From: a bacterium
GTDB lineage: Bacteria; Verrucomicrobiota; Verrucomicrobiia; Opitutales; Opitutaceae
Length of the DNA: 64,000 nucleotides
Assembly: GCA_010027235.1 (NCBI GenBank)
Contig: RGVP01000001.1
Location: 573 to 64,572 of the forward strand
Direction of reading: 5' to 3'
Shown here piece after piece: positions 27,564-37,487 of the stretch. Position numbers and translations under genes: made by a program. Within the stretch, counting starts at the first letter, position 1, and each line of letters opens with the position of its first letter. The notes under the pieces are model-generated. The model worked only from the letters and a program-made list of their open reading frames with translations, had not been told where the DNA came from and made no database searches.

Positions 27564-27815
27564 ATGCTCGTCCTCACTCGTAAGGTTAACGAAGCCATTG
27601 TTATAGGCGACAACATCGAAATTCGCATCACGCGGATTGAAGGTGATTTGGTTAAGATCGGCATTAACGCACCGCGCGAGATTCCAATCGTGCGCAAGGA
27701 GGTGCTTGAATCGATCGCAGCCAATAATCAGGCCGCCGCTGTTCCGCCCATGGCCAGTGGTCCTTCCGGCCTACCGGCCTTGCCTCGTCTCGCCAAACTC
27801 ACCCCGCGCCCTTGA
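27564..27815 (+). CDS. csrA: Carbon storage regulator CsrA (FliW-partnered type with C-terminal extension)
   Basis: [47 protein letters not shown] followed by a tail of about 35 aa. Confidence 0.95.
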   Translation: MLVLTRKVNEAIVIGDNIEIRITRIEGDLVKIGINAPREIPIVRKEVLESIAANNQAAAVPPMASGPSGLPALPRLAKLTPRP

Positions 27816-27832
27816 CCCGGCAACCTTAGTCA

Positions 27833-28711
27833 ATGTCCTCGTTCAATATCCAAAACCATGCGTCGAATCTGGCTGCCGGCCTTAGCCGCATCCAGAATTC
27901 TACAGATGCCGTCACTACACGGATCTCGTCCGGTCAACGTCTAGACCGACCTTCGCGGGATAGCGCCGACACGGGTTTGGTTGCTAAATTAGATAGTCAG
28001 CAATCACGGTTTGGCGCTGTTGAAGTGAACTTACAGAATGGGGTCAGCCGCATGCAGGTGACCTCCAGTCATCTCGAGACCCTGGCCCAAGTGGTTACTC
28101 GGCTCAGTGAGATCGCTACCCTCAAGCAGAACGCATTGCAGAGTGCTTCCGAGCGTGCGCTCTATTCGGAAGAGACCGCTCAGTTGCTCAGCCAATTACG
28201 CCAGACTATTGGAGGCACGCAGGATGAGATCGGCGGCACTACCGCCGTGGTTAGTCCCCTCGGTCAGTTCGATGGCGCCGAGTTGTTTGGCGGTGGCAAT
28301 CCCCAGACTCTGGCCATCGGGGTTGGAGCTAACGACGAACTCAAACTGCCGGTCTTAAATTTCCGCACAGGAGCGCTAGCGGCGGTTTTACGGCAGAATG
28401 CCACTGGGGCCTTTGTCTTTAATGCTGATGACTCCGGTGCGATTTCGGCACTTGGTGCAGCGCTCGATCAAATCTCCCAAGCCCAGGCACAAGTTGGTTC
28501 TGTGCAGAGTCGACTGGAGTTCGCAGCCGGCGTCGCCACCACGGCCCGCACCAATCAGGAAGCGGCACTGTCAGTTATCCGTGACGCGGATATCGCCGCG
28601 GAAACCACCCTAAAGGCACGTTTGCAAATTTTGTCTGAAGGCCACACCGCGATGCTAGCCCAAGCACGAGATGCCACGGCCAAACTCTTGCCGCTGCTCT
28701 CCAGAAGCTGA
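27833..28711 (+). CDS. fliC: Flagellin (short form, conserved N and C helical domains only)
   Basis: N-terminus LSRIQNSTDAVTTRISSGQRLDRPSRDSADTGLVAKLDSQQSRFGAVEVNLQNGVSRMQV, and C-terminus QAQVGSVQSRLEFA...IRDADIAAETTLKARLQILSEGHTAMLAQA. Confidence 0.9.
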   Translation: MSSFNIQNHASNLAAGLSRIQNSTDAVTTRISSGQRLDRPSRDSADTGLVAKLDSQQSRFGAVEVNLQNGVSRMQVTSSHLETLAQVVTRLSEIATLKQNALQSASERALYSEETAQLLSQLRQTIGGTQDEIGGTTAVVSPLGQFDGAELFGGGNPQTLAIGVGANDELKLPVLNFRTGALAAVLRQNATGAFVFNADDSGAISALGAALDQISQAQAQVGSVQSRLEFAAGVATTARTNQEAALSVIRDADIAAETTLKARLQILSEGHTAMLAQARDATAKLLPLLSRS

Positions 28712-28958
28712 AGTATTTGATAGCAAGGATTCTATTATTTACCTGCATGGGGCTTTGGCCTTGTGTCCTACATTTCCGCCCGAACATTTTTTACCCGTAA
28801 GCAGCCCAGCGCCTTGCCCGAGCAATCGGCTTCAGCTAGTAGGTGAAAAGCCCTCGCCGATCACGGTCGGGTAATTTTCGATGGAGTGAATTGCTTGCGA
28901 CTATGCATCGTAACAGGAAGCTCGCAAAGGTTAGTAGGAAAGCTGCCTCTCCTTCCTA

Positions 28959-29897
28959 TTAGTCAAATGCGCTGACTACTGGACGTCCCCAGAAATGAGC
29001 AGGCAGTGGCACGCCAAGCAGCCACAGTGCGGTCGCTGCTGTATCGTATTGCAGCACTGGGGCAGTGACCGTGTAGCTGGATTTAACACTTTTTCCTGCG
29101 GCGACCCAAGGAATGGTGACATCGTCGGAGGTGGCATCGCCGTGGGTGCCAGGCTGTGGGGCTAGTCCGCGCTTCGCGCGTAATTCGTTTTCCTCCGCTG
29201 AACGGTCGTGTCCGCCGTGGTCTGCGGTGAGGATAAACACACTGGAATCGGCTAGGCCGGCCTCAGCGATGGCGGCTTGGATGCGACCAAAGGCAGCATC
29301 ACAGGCGGCCAGCGCCGCGAGTTTTTCCTGAGAACGCACACCGTGGAGGTGGCCGGCAAAGTCGGGGTCGCCGAAGTGGATAAACATTAGGTTGGGACGG
29401 GTTGCTTTTATCGCACGGATGGCGGCTGCGGCGATGCCGTCGCAAAGGTAGTCATCCGGCAGTTCAAAGAAATCGATACCTCCCGCTGCCTCGAAGGTTT
29501 TAAATTTTTCCTTTGAGGCCACGAGTGCAGTCGAAAGGCCGTGGGTGCGGGCGAGTTGAAAGATGGTCGGAACGGTTAGGATTGGTTTGGCGGGATCCCA
29601 GTCGTTCCAGGTGACCTGATGTTTTTGCACACCGACGCCCGTCAACATGGATACGTGGGAGGGGAGCGTGAGGCTGGGCACGATGGTGAAGGCCTCCCAG
29701 GTGTGCGCACCTTCGGTGGCAAGTTTTTTGAACACGGGCATGCTGGCTGCCTCAATGTTGAAGGGCGCGGCTTGGTCGAAGCTCACGATAAATACGTGCT
29801 GCGCACGTGGTGCCTCCGCCAGCAGCACCGGCAGGCAGAATAAGGCAAACCCTAGGCGAATAAATGCGAAAAAAACGAGGCTGGGGTTAGGCTGCAT
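28959..29897 (-). CDS. Secreted alkaline-phosphatase-superfamily enzyme (nucleotide pyrophosphatase/phosphodiesterase-like)
   Basis: Signal peptide, then FIVSFDQ, PSLTLPSHVSMLTGV, FIHFGDPDFAGHLHG and LTADHGGHD, the metal-ligand blocks of the AlkP/ENPP fold. Confidence 0.7.
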   Translation of the reverse strand: MQPNPSLVFFAFIRLGFALFCLPVLLAEAPRAQHVFIVSFDQAAPFNIEAASMPVFKKLATEGAHTWEAFTIVPSLTLPSHVSMLTGVGVQKHQVTWNDWDPAKPILTVPTIFQLARTHGLSTALVASKEKFKTFEAAGGIDFFELPDDYLCDGIAAAAIRAIKATRPNLMFIHFGDPDFAGHLHGVRSQEKLAALAACDAAFGRIQAAIAEAGLADSSVFILTADHGGHDRSAEENELRAKRGLAPQPGTHGDATSDDVTIPWVAAGKSVKSSYTVTAPVLQYDTAATALWLLGVPLPAHFWGRPVVSAFD

Positions 29898-29909
29898 AAA
29901 TATTTCAAA

Positions 29910-30848
29910 CTATTCCTTGTCGTTTGCGAGGGCGTTAGCGTCGTTGCGGTGGCCAAAGCCAGTGTATTTGAGCGATTGCTCGTCTGCGTGGTAGCTAGAG
30001 CGGACCATCGCCCCGCTTTCGATGACCCCGATCCCTATGCCGAGGCCGAACTCCTTCCAGCGGCCGAATTCTTCAGGGTGGACCCAGCGGGCGACTGGCC
30101 AGTGCTGGGGAGTGGGTTGAAGGTATTGGCCGATGGTGAGGATATCGGTCCGGTCTGCGGCGATATCGCGCAGGGTCTGCTCGATCTCGTGTGCTTCCTC
30201 GCCGAGGCCAAGCATGATCCCAGTCTTGGTGGTGAAACCCCGGGACTTTGCGTGGCGCAGAATGGCTCGCGACCGATCGTAGCGGGCTTGCACCCGAACG
30301 GGTTTCTGCAGGCGCTCAACTGTTTCGAGATTGTGGTTAAAAATGTCGGGCTTGGCGTCGAGAACGACATCAAGCAATTCGATCTGGCCCTTCCAATCCG
30401 GGGTTAGGACCTCGATCGCGGTCTCTGGCAGGCGGTGGCGGATGGCACGGATGGTGGCGGCCCAGACGGCAGCGCCGCCGTCCTTCAACTCATCACGCGC
30501 GACTGAGGTGACGACGCAGTGCTTCAGGTTCATGGTCGCGACGGCCTCGGCTACACGAGCGGGTTCGCCGAGGTCGTATTCAGTTGGTCGGCCGGTTTGT
30601 ATCGCGCAAAAATTGCAGGAGCGGGTGCAGATGTTGCCCAATATCATTACCGTGGCGGTGCCGCGCGACCAGCATTCGCCTAGGTTTGGACATTGCGCGC
30701 TTTGGCAGACGGTATGCAGCTTATGGTCGTCCACGAGTTGGCGGACGGCGTTGTAGCCGGGACCGGAAGGTAGCTTGGCTCGGAGCCAAGCAGGTTTGCG
30801 CGACGTATCCATAGTGCTCAAGGAAGTAGGTTTAACCACGGATTCCAC
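29910..30848 (-). CDS. lipA: Lipoyl synthase LipA
   Basis: KPAWLRAKLP, CQSAQCPNLGECW and the radical-SAM motif CTRSCNFCAI, with SSYHADEQ near the C-terminus. Confidence 0.95.
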   Translation of the reverse strand: MESVVKPTSLSTMDTSRKPAWLRAKLPSGPGYNAVRQLVDDHKLHTVCQSAQCPNLGECWSRGTATVMILGNICTRSCNFCAIQTGRPTEYDLGEPARVAEAVATMNLKHCVVTSVARDELKDGGAAVWAATIRAIRHRLPETAIEVLTPDWKGQIELLDVVLDAKPDIFNHNLETVERLQKPVRVQARYDRSRAILRHAKSRGFTTKTGIMLGLGEEAHEIEQTLRDIAADRTDILTIGQYLQPTPQHWPVARWVHPEEFGRWKEFGLGIGIGVIESGAMVRSSYHADEQSLKYTGFGHRNDANALANDKE

Positions 30849-30866
30849 GTTGGGGCACGGATTTTT

Positions 30867-31544
30867 TCAGATACGGTCCGAGGTTATGAAACCAGGCCAG
30901 CGAATTGAGAACTCATCTGCAAAGTCGAGGCTGAGCTGTTCGAAGAATGGGCATAGCGTGCCCAATTCAGTTGCGAGGGAAGTCACGGTGCCTTCGGTCG
31001 CCGTAATACCGCAAGGCACTATGCCGCTAAAGTGATGCAGGTCGGGGGCAACGTTCAAGGCGACGCCGTGCATCGTCACCCAACGGCGCACCGATACGCC
31101 AATGGCCGCGATTTTACGATTTTCGACCCAGATTCCAGTCAGGCCTTCACGGCGCGCTGCGGCTAGGCCATGTCGGGCGACCACGGCGATGAGCACGTCC
31201 TCGAGGAAACGCAGGTAAGCATGCAGATCACGACGGCGATCCAGACTCACGATGGGGTAGGCGACAAGTTGGCCGGGACCGTGGTAGGTTATGTCACCGC
31301 CGCGATTGGTAGTGTGCAGCGCAATTTGTTCACGGGCAAGGGTGCCGGCGTCCCAGACAAGGTGCCGATCAGCGCCAGCACGAAGGCCCACGGTAAAGAC
31401 CGGTTCGTGCTCGGTGAGGACGAGGGTATCTGGAGCAAGGCCTTCGAGGCGGGCAGTTTGCAAGGCCGTCTGGCGGACGAGAGCATCGAGGTAAGCGGTG
31501 CGGCCCCATCTTTCTACTGCGACCGCCGACACGAGTTTAGGCAT
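30867..31544 (-). CDS. lipB: Octanoyltransferase LipB
   Basis: Contains LTEHEPVFTVGLRA, TNRGGDITYHGPGQLVAYPI, KIAAIGVSVRRWVTMHGVALNV and IVPCGI. The start is trimmed to ATG 31544 to avoid overlapping lysS. Confidence 0.9.
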   Translation of the reverse strand: MPKLVSAVAVERWGRTAYLDALVRQTALQTARLEGLAPDTLVLTEHEPVFTVGLRAGADRHLVWDAGTLAREQIALHTTNRGGDITYHGPGQLVAYPIVSLDRRRDLHAYLRFLEDVLIAVVARHGLAAARREGLTGIWVENRKIAAIGVSVRRWVTMHGVALNVAPDLHHFSGIVPCGITATEGTVTSLATELGTLCPFFEQLSLDFADEFSIRWPGFITSDRI

Positions 31545-31681
31545 GTTTTGAGGTTCTGGAATGGGACCGGTCACGAAGGTTGAGGTATAGTTTAAACAGT
31601 ATGCGACGGATTCCTGCTCGTCTCGCCACCTCAATCGTCGGCTTGCCGGGGGCGCGCGCCAAGCTCACGTTGAACTTTTCC

Positions 31682-33220
31682 ATGAGTGACTCCGCCCCCG
31701 ATATATCCAACGATCAACATGCTGTGCGCCGCCGAAAGCTGGACGAAATGCGCGCTGGCGGCTTTGACCCCTTTCGCGCCAATATCTCCCCAACGCACTT
31801 TTCGGCCGACGCTAAGGCGCTTTACGTCGAGGGGCAGGATAATCTGGTCGCGGTTACGGTGGCCGGTCGCTTAGTGACCTTTCGGGTGCAGGGCGGGAGT
31901 TCGTTTGTTAAGATTCAGGATCAGCAGGGGCAGATTCAGCTCTACTTTCGCAAGGACGTGCTCGGTGAAGAGCGCTATCTCTTCTTTAAAAAGCAGCTCG
32001 ACTTAGGCGATATCCTCGGTGTCACCGGCTCGCTCTTTATGACCAAGACAGGCGAGATCACGGTGCGCGTGGACTCCTTTACTCTCGTCGCAAAGGCACT
32101 ACGACCCCTACCCGAAAAGTGGAGCGGTCTGACTGACGCCGAGCAGATCTATCGCCAGCGTTACCTCGACCTTATCGTCAACTCCGAGTCACGCCAACGC
32201 TTGATGACTCGTGCGCGCATAGTGAGCGCAGTGCGACGCTTTTTGGAAGACCGCCAGTTTCTAGAGGTCGAGACGCCCGTGCTGCAAAGTGTGGCGGGAG
32301 GTGCGGCCGCTCGGCCCTTTCAGACCCATCACAATGCTCTCGATACCGACTTCGTTTTGCGAATTTCACTTGAACTCTACCTGAAGCGTATGCTCGTCGG
32401 TGGCTACGATCGGGTCTTCGAAATCGGACGAAATTTCCGCAACGAAGGCGTCTCACGCCGCCATAACCCAGAATTTACCATGCTCGAGGTTTACCAGGCT
32501 TACAGCGATTATCGCGGCATGATGACTCTGGTTAAGGACCTGCTCATTCACCTTGTCAGGGATGTGGTAAAGCCTACCGAGACCGAGGGCGTTGGCGAGA
32601 ATGCGCCGCGCCGGCCAACCATGAAAATCAAGCACGCTGCGAGCGGCCAAGAGATCGACTTCGGAGCTGAGTGGCGCGAAGTAAAATATAAGGATCTTAT
32701 TATTGAGAAGACCGGAGACGCCGCTTGGTTCGATCGGTCAAAGAATGAGAAGATAGCCGGCGTGCAGCGACTCGGCCTATATGCTGATCCGAAGTGGGAA
32801 GAGTTCGAGTTATCCAATGAGATCTTCGGCAAACTCATCGAACCAACGCTCATTCAGCCAACTTTCGTGACGCACTTGCCTAAGGAACTCTGCCCGCTGG
32901 CGAAGATCACTGCTGACGATCCCACAACCATCGATGTCTTCGAACTCATCATCGGCGGCATGGAGGTTGCACCGGCTTATTCCGAGCAAAACGATCCAGA
33001 CGTGCAGCGTTCGATGTTCGAGGCTCAGGCGGGCGAGGAACAGCAAAAGATAGACCACGACTTTCTACTAGCGTTAGAACACGGTATGCCGCCCGCCGGC
33101 GGTATGGGTATAGGCATCGACCGTCTCTGTATCCTCCTCACGGGTGCTGAAAGCATACGCGACGTGATCCTGTTTCCTCAACTCCGCAACGCGGTCGCAG
33201 GCGCGGGAAATGCGGGTTAA
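31682..33220 (+). CDS. lysS: Lysyl-tRNA synthetase, class II
   Basis: Anticodon-binding OB domain, then class II motifs (FLEVETPVLQ, RVFEIGRNFRNEGVSRRHNPEFTMLEVYQAY, GMPPAGGMGIGIDRLCILL). The start is trimmed to ATG 31682 (MSDSAPDIS...). Confidence 0.95.
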   Translation: MSDSAPDISNDQHAVRRRKLDEMRAGGFDPFRANISPTHFSADAKALYVEGQDNLVAVTVAGRLVTFRVQGGSSFVKIQDQQGQIQLYFRKDVLGEERYLFFKKQLDLGDILGVTGSLFMTKTGEITVRVDSFTLVAKALRPLPEKWSGLTDAEQIYRQRYLDLIVNSESRQRLMTRARIVSAVRRFLEDRQFLEVETPVLQSVAGGAAARPFQTHHNALDTDFVLRISLELYLKRMLVGGYDRVFEIGRNFRNEGVSRRHNPEFTMLEVYQAYSDYRGMMTLVKDLLIHLVRDVVKPTETEGVGENAPRRPTMKIKHAASGQEIDFGAEWREVKYKDLIIEKTGDAAWFDRSKNEKIAGVQRLGLYADPKWEEFELSNEIFGKLIEPTLIQPTFVTHLPKELCPLAKITADDPTTIDVFELIIGGMEVAPAYSEQNDPDVQRSMFEAQAGEEQQKIDHDFLLALEHGMPPAGGMGIGIDRLCILLTGAESIRDVILFPQLRNAVAGAGNAG

Positions 33221-33228
33221 AAATTCCG

Positions 33229-33268
33229 AGTTCAAACAGAAGATTGGAAACAATCCTCCATTTGAACT
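33229..33268 (+). terminator. Nested hairpin after lysS (AGTTCAAA...GATTG-GAAA-CAATC...TTTGAACT)
   Basis: Inverted repeats read directly from the sequence. The downstream T tract is weak (TTTAACTT), so its function as an intrinsic terminator is uncertain. Confidence 0.4.
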
Positions 33269-33305
33269 TTAACTTAAGCCTTAACCTTAACCTCGTCGCG
33301 CAGCG

Positions 33306-34535
33306 ATGCCCTGGCCGCTATACCTAGCGCTTAAGCAGCTTTTCCCTAGCGGGCGGAGGTTCCCGTTTTTCACGTGCATCTCCATACTCGGAGTAGCGCT
33401 TGGGGTAGCTCTGCTGATCGTTTCCATCTCGGTGATGGGAGGCTTCGGCCGTGAGATTCGCAACATGATCGTGAACACTCAGGGTGAGGTGCAGGTGCGG
33501 GCGAGCGGCCTGATGGATGATCCTCGCGCAGTAATGGCTGCTATTGAGAAGGTGCCAGGCGTGGTTGCGACCACGCCCTTTGCCGAGGGTGTGGTTATGC
33601 TTCAGTATCAAAATAAACCCGCATTTCCCGCCATTCAAGGAGTAGATGCTAACCGGGTGGATCGCGTTATCCCTCTGCGGAAGTTCGTGGTCGCTGGCGA
33701 CTACGATTCTTTAGACGACGACCGTGTTATTCTCAGCGCACAACTCGCCATGACCATAGGTGCGAGGCTGGGCAGCAAGGTCTCGGTCTATTCTCCGCTA
33801 CTTTTGGAAAAGTTAAAGGCGGACGAGATCCTCATTCCGCGTGAGCTGGAGGTTTGCGGGATCTTCGAGATTGGCCATCAGCAACTCGATAGTAGCGTAG
33901 TGATCGTAACCCTACGCACAATGCAGGAACTCTATGGGATTGGCCGATCGGTCCATGGGATAAATGTAAAGCTTGCGGACGGCTTTGACGCCGACCGCGC
34001 TGCCGCGGCAATCAATCACGCTTTGCCAGTGGATGGCGTGGCCAAGTCTTGGATGGATGCGAACCAAGAGTTTCTCTTCGTGCTTCAACTGGAGAAGAAC
34101 ATGATCTTTTTCCTGCTGCTATTCATTATCGTGGTGGCTGCCTTTTCAGTTGCATCGTCCTTGCTTATTGCGGTGGTGCGTAAGACCCGAGAGATCGGAC
34201 TACTGGGGGCGCTTGGCGCATCTCCCGGGCAGGTGGCTGCTTGTTTTTGTTACCAAGGCGTCATTATCGGCTTGGCTGGCACAGTGTCGGGTCTGGCGCT
34301 GGGCTTTGCGGTGGTGCACTTCCGCAACGACCTTGTGGCAGGTTTTACTCGATTAACAGGCAGCCAAGCCGCCTTGGAGCGGTTTTATCAATTCAGCCAA
34401 CTCCCTGCCTACCTATCGGGCACTGATCTCGCTCTAATCATCACGAGCGCGCTCCTTGTTTCGACATTAGCGGGTCTCCTTCCTGCATGGCGGGCTGCGA
34501 AACTCAAACCGGTGGAGGCCCTGCGCAGTGAGTAG
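33306..34535 (+). CDS. LolC/LolE-family lipoprotein-release ABC permease (MacB/FtsX fold)
   Basis: N-terminus MPWPLYLALKQLFPSGRR, a periplasmic domain, and a C-terminal FtsX-type three-TM bundle (REIGLLGALGASPGQV). Confidence 0.85.
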   Translation: MPWPLYLALKQLFPSGRRFPFFTCISILGVALGVALLIVSISVMGGFGREIRNMIVNTQGEVQVRASGLMDDPRAVMAAIEKVPGVVATTPFAEGVVMLQYQNKPAFPAIQGVDANRVDRVIPLRKFVVAGDYDSLDDDRVILSAQLAMTIGARLGSKVSVYSPLLLEKLKADEILIPRELEVCGIFEIGHQQLDSSVVIVTLRTMQELYGIGRSVHGINVKLADGFDADRAAAAINHALPVDGVAKSWMDANQEFLFVLQLEKNMIFFLLLFIIVVAAFSVASSLLIAVVRKTREIGLLGALGASPGQVAACFCYQGVIIGLAGTVSGLALGFAVVHFRNDLVAGFTRLTGSQAALERFYQFSQLPAYLSGTDLALIITSALLVSTLAGLLPAWRAAKLKPVEALRSE

Positions 34536-35196
34536 CACCGCACCGATTTTAGAGGCTCGCGGCTTGCACAAGAGCTATGTCAGCGGCGAGCGCCGACTTC
34601 AGGTGCTGCGCGGGGTAGATCTGGCAGTGGAGGTGGGTGAGAGTGTGTCGATCCGCGGTGAATCCGGATCCGGTAAATCGACGCTCCTTAATTTGCTCTC
34701 TGGGCTCGACGCGACCGATGCGGGTGAACTGCGCTGGGAGGGAGAAACTACGCTTTCCGCTACTCGACGTGGCCGCTTAATAGGGCTGGTCTTTCAATCG
34801 TTCTACCTTGTGCCCGAACTCGACGCATTGGACAACGTGCTTCTTGCTGCTCGTCTGCTAGGACCTGTGGGAGCATCCGAGCGGGCGCGCGCCGCTGACT
34901 TGCTCTGGCGGGTTGGTCTGGCCGAGCGCGCCACCCATATCCCGGCCAAGCTCTCCGGCGGGGAGCGCCAACGCGTAGCCATCGCACGAGCCTTAATGAA
35001 TAGGCCTCAGCTCATTTTGGCTGACGAGCCCACGGGCAACCTCGACGAGGGTAGCGGCGAAGCAGTGATCAACCTCTTGCTCGCGCTATGTGCCGAATCT
35101 GGCTGTGCTTTGGTGCTGGTTACGCACAACGCCGCCCATGCTGATCGTTGCGGCCGTCGACTTTTCCTCCGCGAGGGCGGTTTCCACTCGGTCTAA
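34528..35196 (+). CDS. lolD: LolD-like ABC transporter ATP-binding protein
   Basis: Walker [10 protein letters not shown], signature [15 protein letters not shown], Walker [13 protein letters not shown]. It overlaps the permease gene. Confidence 0.85.
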   Translation: MSSTAPILEARGLHKSYVSGERRLQVLRGVDLAVEVGESVSIRGESGSGKSTLLNLLSGLDATDAGELRWEGETTLSATRRGRLIGLVFQSFYLVPELDALDNVLLAARLLGPVGASERARAADLLWRVGLAERATHIPAKLSGGERQRVAIARALMNRPQLILADEPTGNLDEGSGEAVINLLLALCAESGCALVLVTHNAAHADRCGRRLFLREGGFHSV

Positions 35197-35416
35197 GTGG
35201 AGGTTTCGTGGTTACGATCTGAAGGAGTCTATAATGAGCGTTTTTACATCATAAATTAGGTTAAACTTGTAACAAAAACGCCACGACTCATCAGAGGAAA
35301 ACGGCTTGCGTGATGGTCCAGTCGGAGGAAACTCCGTTTGCAACGCGCCCTCCGCGCACCTCCGCACTCCCGCTCAACACACCTCCGCTGGCACTGGCCC
35401 GCTTTCGTTAATTCGC

Positions 35417-37414
35417 ATGGATGAGACTCCTTCCCCGCAAACGCCCGAATCTAATTCCGGGCTTAACAAGCTAGACTTAACCCAACTCCAAGGGTTCAGC
35501 TTTGGCACTTCATGGAGTCAGGATAAAGGCGGAGCTGCCAGCGGTGCGCCTCGACAAGAGCGCCGTGACGATCGTCCCCGCCGCGACGGTGGTGCCCCGG
35601 TCGTGCGTGATCGCCGTGGCGATTTTAAGCGTTCTGCCCCTTCACCTGCAGCTCAATCTAATGAGGCCGCAGCTCCCACTGGTGCGGGCGCGCCTTCGGG
35701 CGTCGAACGCCCATCTTTCCGGCGCGACGGTTCTTCTGGCGGCCCCGGCGGCTACCGCGGCGGAGAACGTCCGCGTTTTGAGCGACGCGAAGGCCAGGGT
35801 GCTGGCGCCGGTGGTGCTCGTCGGGAAGGAGGTCCCGGTGTTCCTCGTGGTGATTTTCGCGGCCCTCCGCGAGAGCCGGTCGGGCCTTACATTAGTCCAT
35901 TTTTCAACGTCACTTTTTATCCAGAGGATGCCAGTTTTAAGGTCCTATCGGAGGCAATTCGCAAATCCTGCCGGACTTTTGAACTCTTTTATATTGCTCG
36001 TTCAGTCGTTGAAAAAAACGAACGTTTCGTCGCGGTCGTGCAGCGTATCCAAGCTGGGGGGAAACCCAGCACGGCCCAGATTGAAGGTGAGGCCACAGCC
36101 CAGCCTAACGTCAAAGCGGCGCCGTTTTTCGTATCGGTCCCGGATGGCGTGCCCTTCGACACTGAGGATGCTGCCATTGCTCACGTCCTGGAAAAGCACT
36201 TGGGTAACTTCTTCGAATCCAATGATGTAGAAGTTGAAGCGCCCAAGGGTAATTTCCAAGTGATCAACCGCTGCACGATTACAGGCACGCTGCTCGCCCC
36301 GCCCAATTACCATCGTTACGCCTCCATCCTCGCTCAGCATCATGCGGCTAACATCCGCATCCCTCTTGAAGCCTATAAGAGCAAGATCGAGACCGTCCGT
36401 GATGCCGAGGTAGTCGCGCAGTGGTTGGAGAAGATGAAGAAGACCACTCGCTACACGGTTAAGCCTGTTCCGGTGCGTGCACCCAAGCAGGAAGTGGCGA
36501 CGATTGCAGATGCTTCCGCGCCTGTTGACGCAGCTCCCGCAACCGACGCGGCGCCCGAGGCGGTCGCTGAAACCGCTCCAACCGCTCCCGCTCTGCCCTA
36601 TTTCGATTCGCTGGAAGAGGCCCGCCAATGGCTGCTGACCGAGGCACGTGGGCGAGTAGTGCGTTCGGTTGAACAGTTGCGTTTCCCAGGCAAAATCCTA
36701 GAGCTTATGCCTGAATCCGGTGAGATCCGCCGCGCAGTCGATGGCGCTTTGGCCAACCAGCGCCGCTTCCCGCTCGATACCGCCAACGCCCTGCGTGGAC
36801 GCCTGCGCCGAGAGAGTTTCACGATTTTTAAGAAGGGCTCCAAAGGCATCAGCTACGTTTGCGCGGTGAAGCGTCGCTTCCGCGTTCCCGGGCAGACGTT
36901 CTCCGATTCGCTGGCATCATTGATCGCCTTTATTGAGGCGCATCCGATGGTCAAAGGCAGTGAGCTCGCGGCCAAACACCTCGGCTTGGATCCGCGTCCA
37001 GTTCCTGCCGAAGGCGTGACTCCAGAACCCATTCCTGTCCTCGAACAGGAGCAGTTGCTCAAACTGAAGGGCGACCTTCGTTATCTGGTCAAAGAGGGCT
37101 ATGTCACTGAATTTGTGGACGGCACCTTGTTCTGTCCTCCTGCGATGGTTGAGGCCCGTAAGCGTGAAATTGAAGCTTCAGATATCGATCCGGAAAACTT
37201 CCCCGAGGCGCCTAAGTCTTTAGTATCCGAAGCTCCATTACAGGCTGAGATTACTCCAACGGAATCGGTTGCTGTAGTTGAGCCTCGGTTGGCCCAGGCG
37301 GGTGTGGAAGCTGCCGGCACGGATGTAGCTCAGGACAACTCGGCGACCACAACCGAAGCGAGTGCAGGCGATGCGGCACCCCTTGAGTCTGAAGTTAACA
37401 AATCGGCAGAGTAG
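35417..37414 (+). CDS. Conserved-looking hypothetical protein with an N-terminal Arg/Gly-rich disordered region
   Basis: Long ORF with the start trimmed to ATG 35417 (MDETPSPQ). Residues about 50-190 are RGG/RRD-rich (RRDGSSGGPGGYRGGERPRFERREGQGAGAGGARREGG). The remainder is ordered, but I do not recognise it. Confidence 0.6.
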   Translation: MDETPSPQTPESNSGLNKLDLTQLQGFSFGTSWSQDKGGAASGAPRQERRDDRPRRDGGAPVVRDRRGDFKRSAPSPAAQSNEAAAPTGAGAPSGVERPSFRRDGSSGGPGGYRGGERPRFERREGQGAGAGGARREGGPGVPRGDFRGPPREPVGPYISPFFNVTFYPEDASFKVLSEAIRKSCRTFELFYIARSVVEKNERFVAVVQRIQAGGKPSTAQIEGEATAQPNVKAAPFFVSVPDGVPFDTEDAAIAHVLEKHLGNFFESNDVEVEAPKGNFQVINRCTITGTLLAPPNYHRYASILAQHHAANIRIPLEAYKSKIETVRDAEVVAQWLEKMKKTTRYTVKPVPVRAPKQEVATIADASAPVDAAPATDAAPEAVAETAPTAPALPYFDSLEEARQWLLTEARGRVVRSVEQLRFPGKILELMPESGEIRRAVDGALANQRRFPLDTANALRGRLRRESFTIFKKGSKGISYVCAVKRRFRVPGQTFSDSLASLIAFIEAHPMVKGSELAAKHLGLDPRPVPAEGVTPEPIPVLEQEQLLKLKGDLRYLVKEGYVTEFVDGTLFCPPAMVEARKREIEASDIDPENFPEAPKSLVSEAPLQAEITPTESVAVVEPRLAQAGVEAAGTDVAQDNSATTTEASAGDAAPLESEVNKSAE

Positions 37415-37455
37415 ACCCAGTCTTCACTAACTTTTATCTCGATAACGTTTCCGAT

Positions 37456-37487
37456 CCTAGGCTTCGATTTATCGCATGAAGCCTAGG
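37456..37487. terminator. Perfect 10-bp hairpin CCTAGGCTTC-N12-GAAGCCTAGG between convergent genes
   Basis: Inverted repeat read directly from the sequence. It lies in the AT-rich gap between the 702-aa ORF (+) and the EamA gene (-). There is no strong U tract. Confidence 0.45.

Noticed and set aside
28712-28958. Searched the 247-bp gap after flagellin for a terminator, fliS/fliD-like small ORF or sRNA
   Set aside because: I found only a 4-bp stem (CCGA/TCGG) and no convincing ORF or structured element. Nothing here can be supported.
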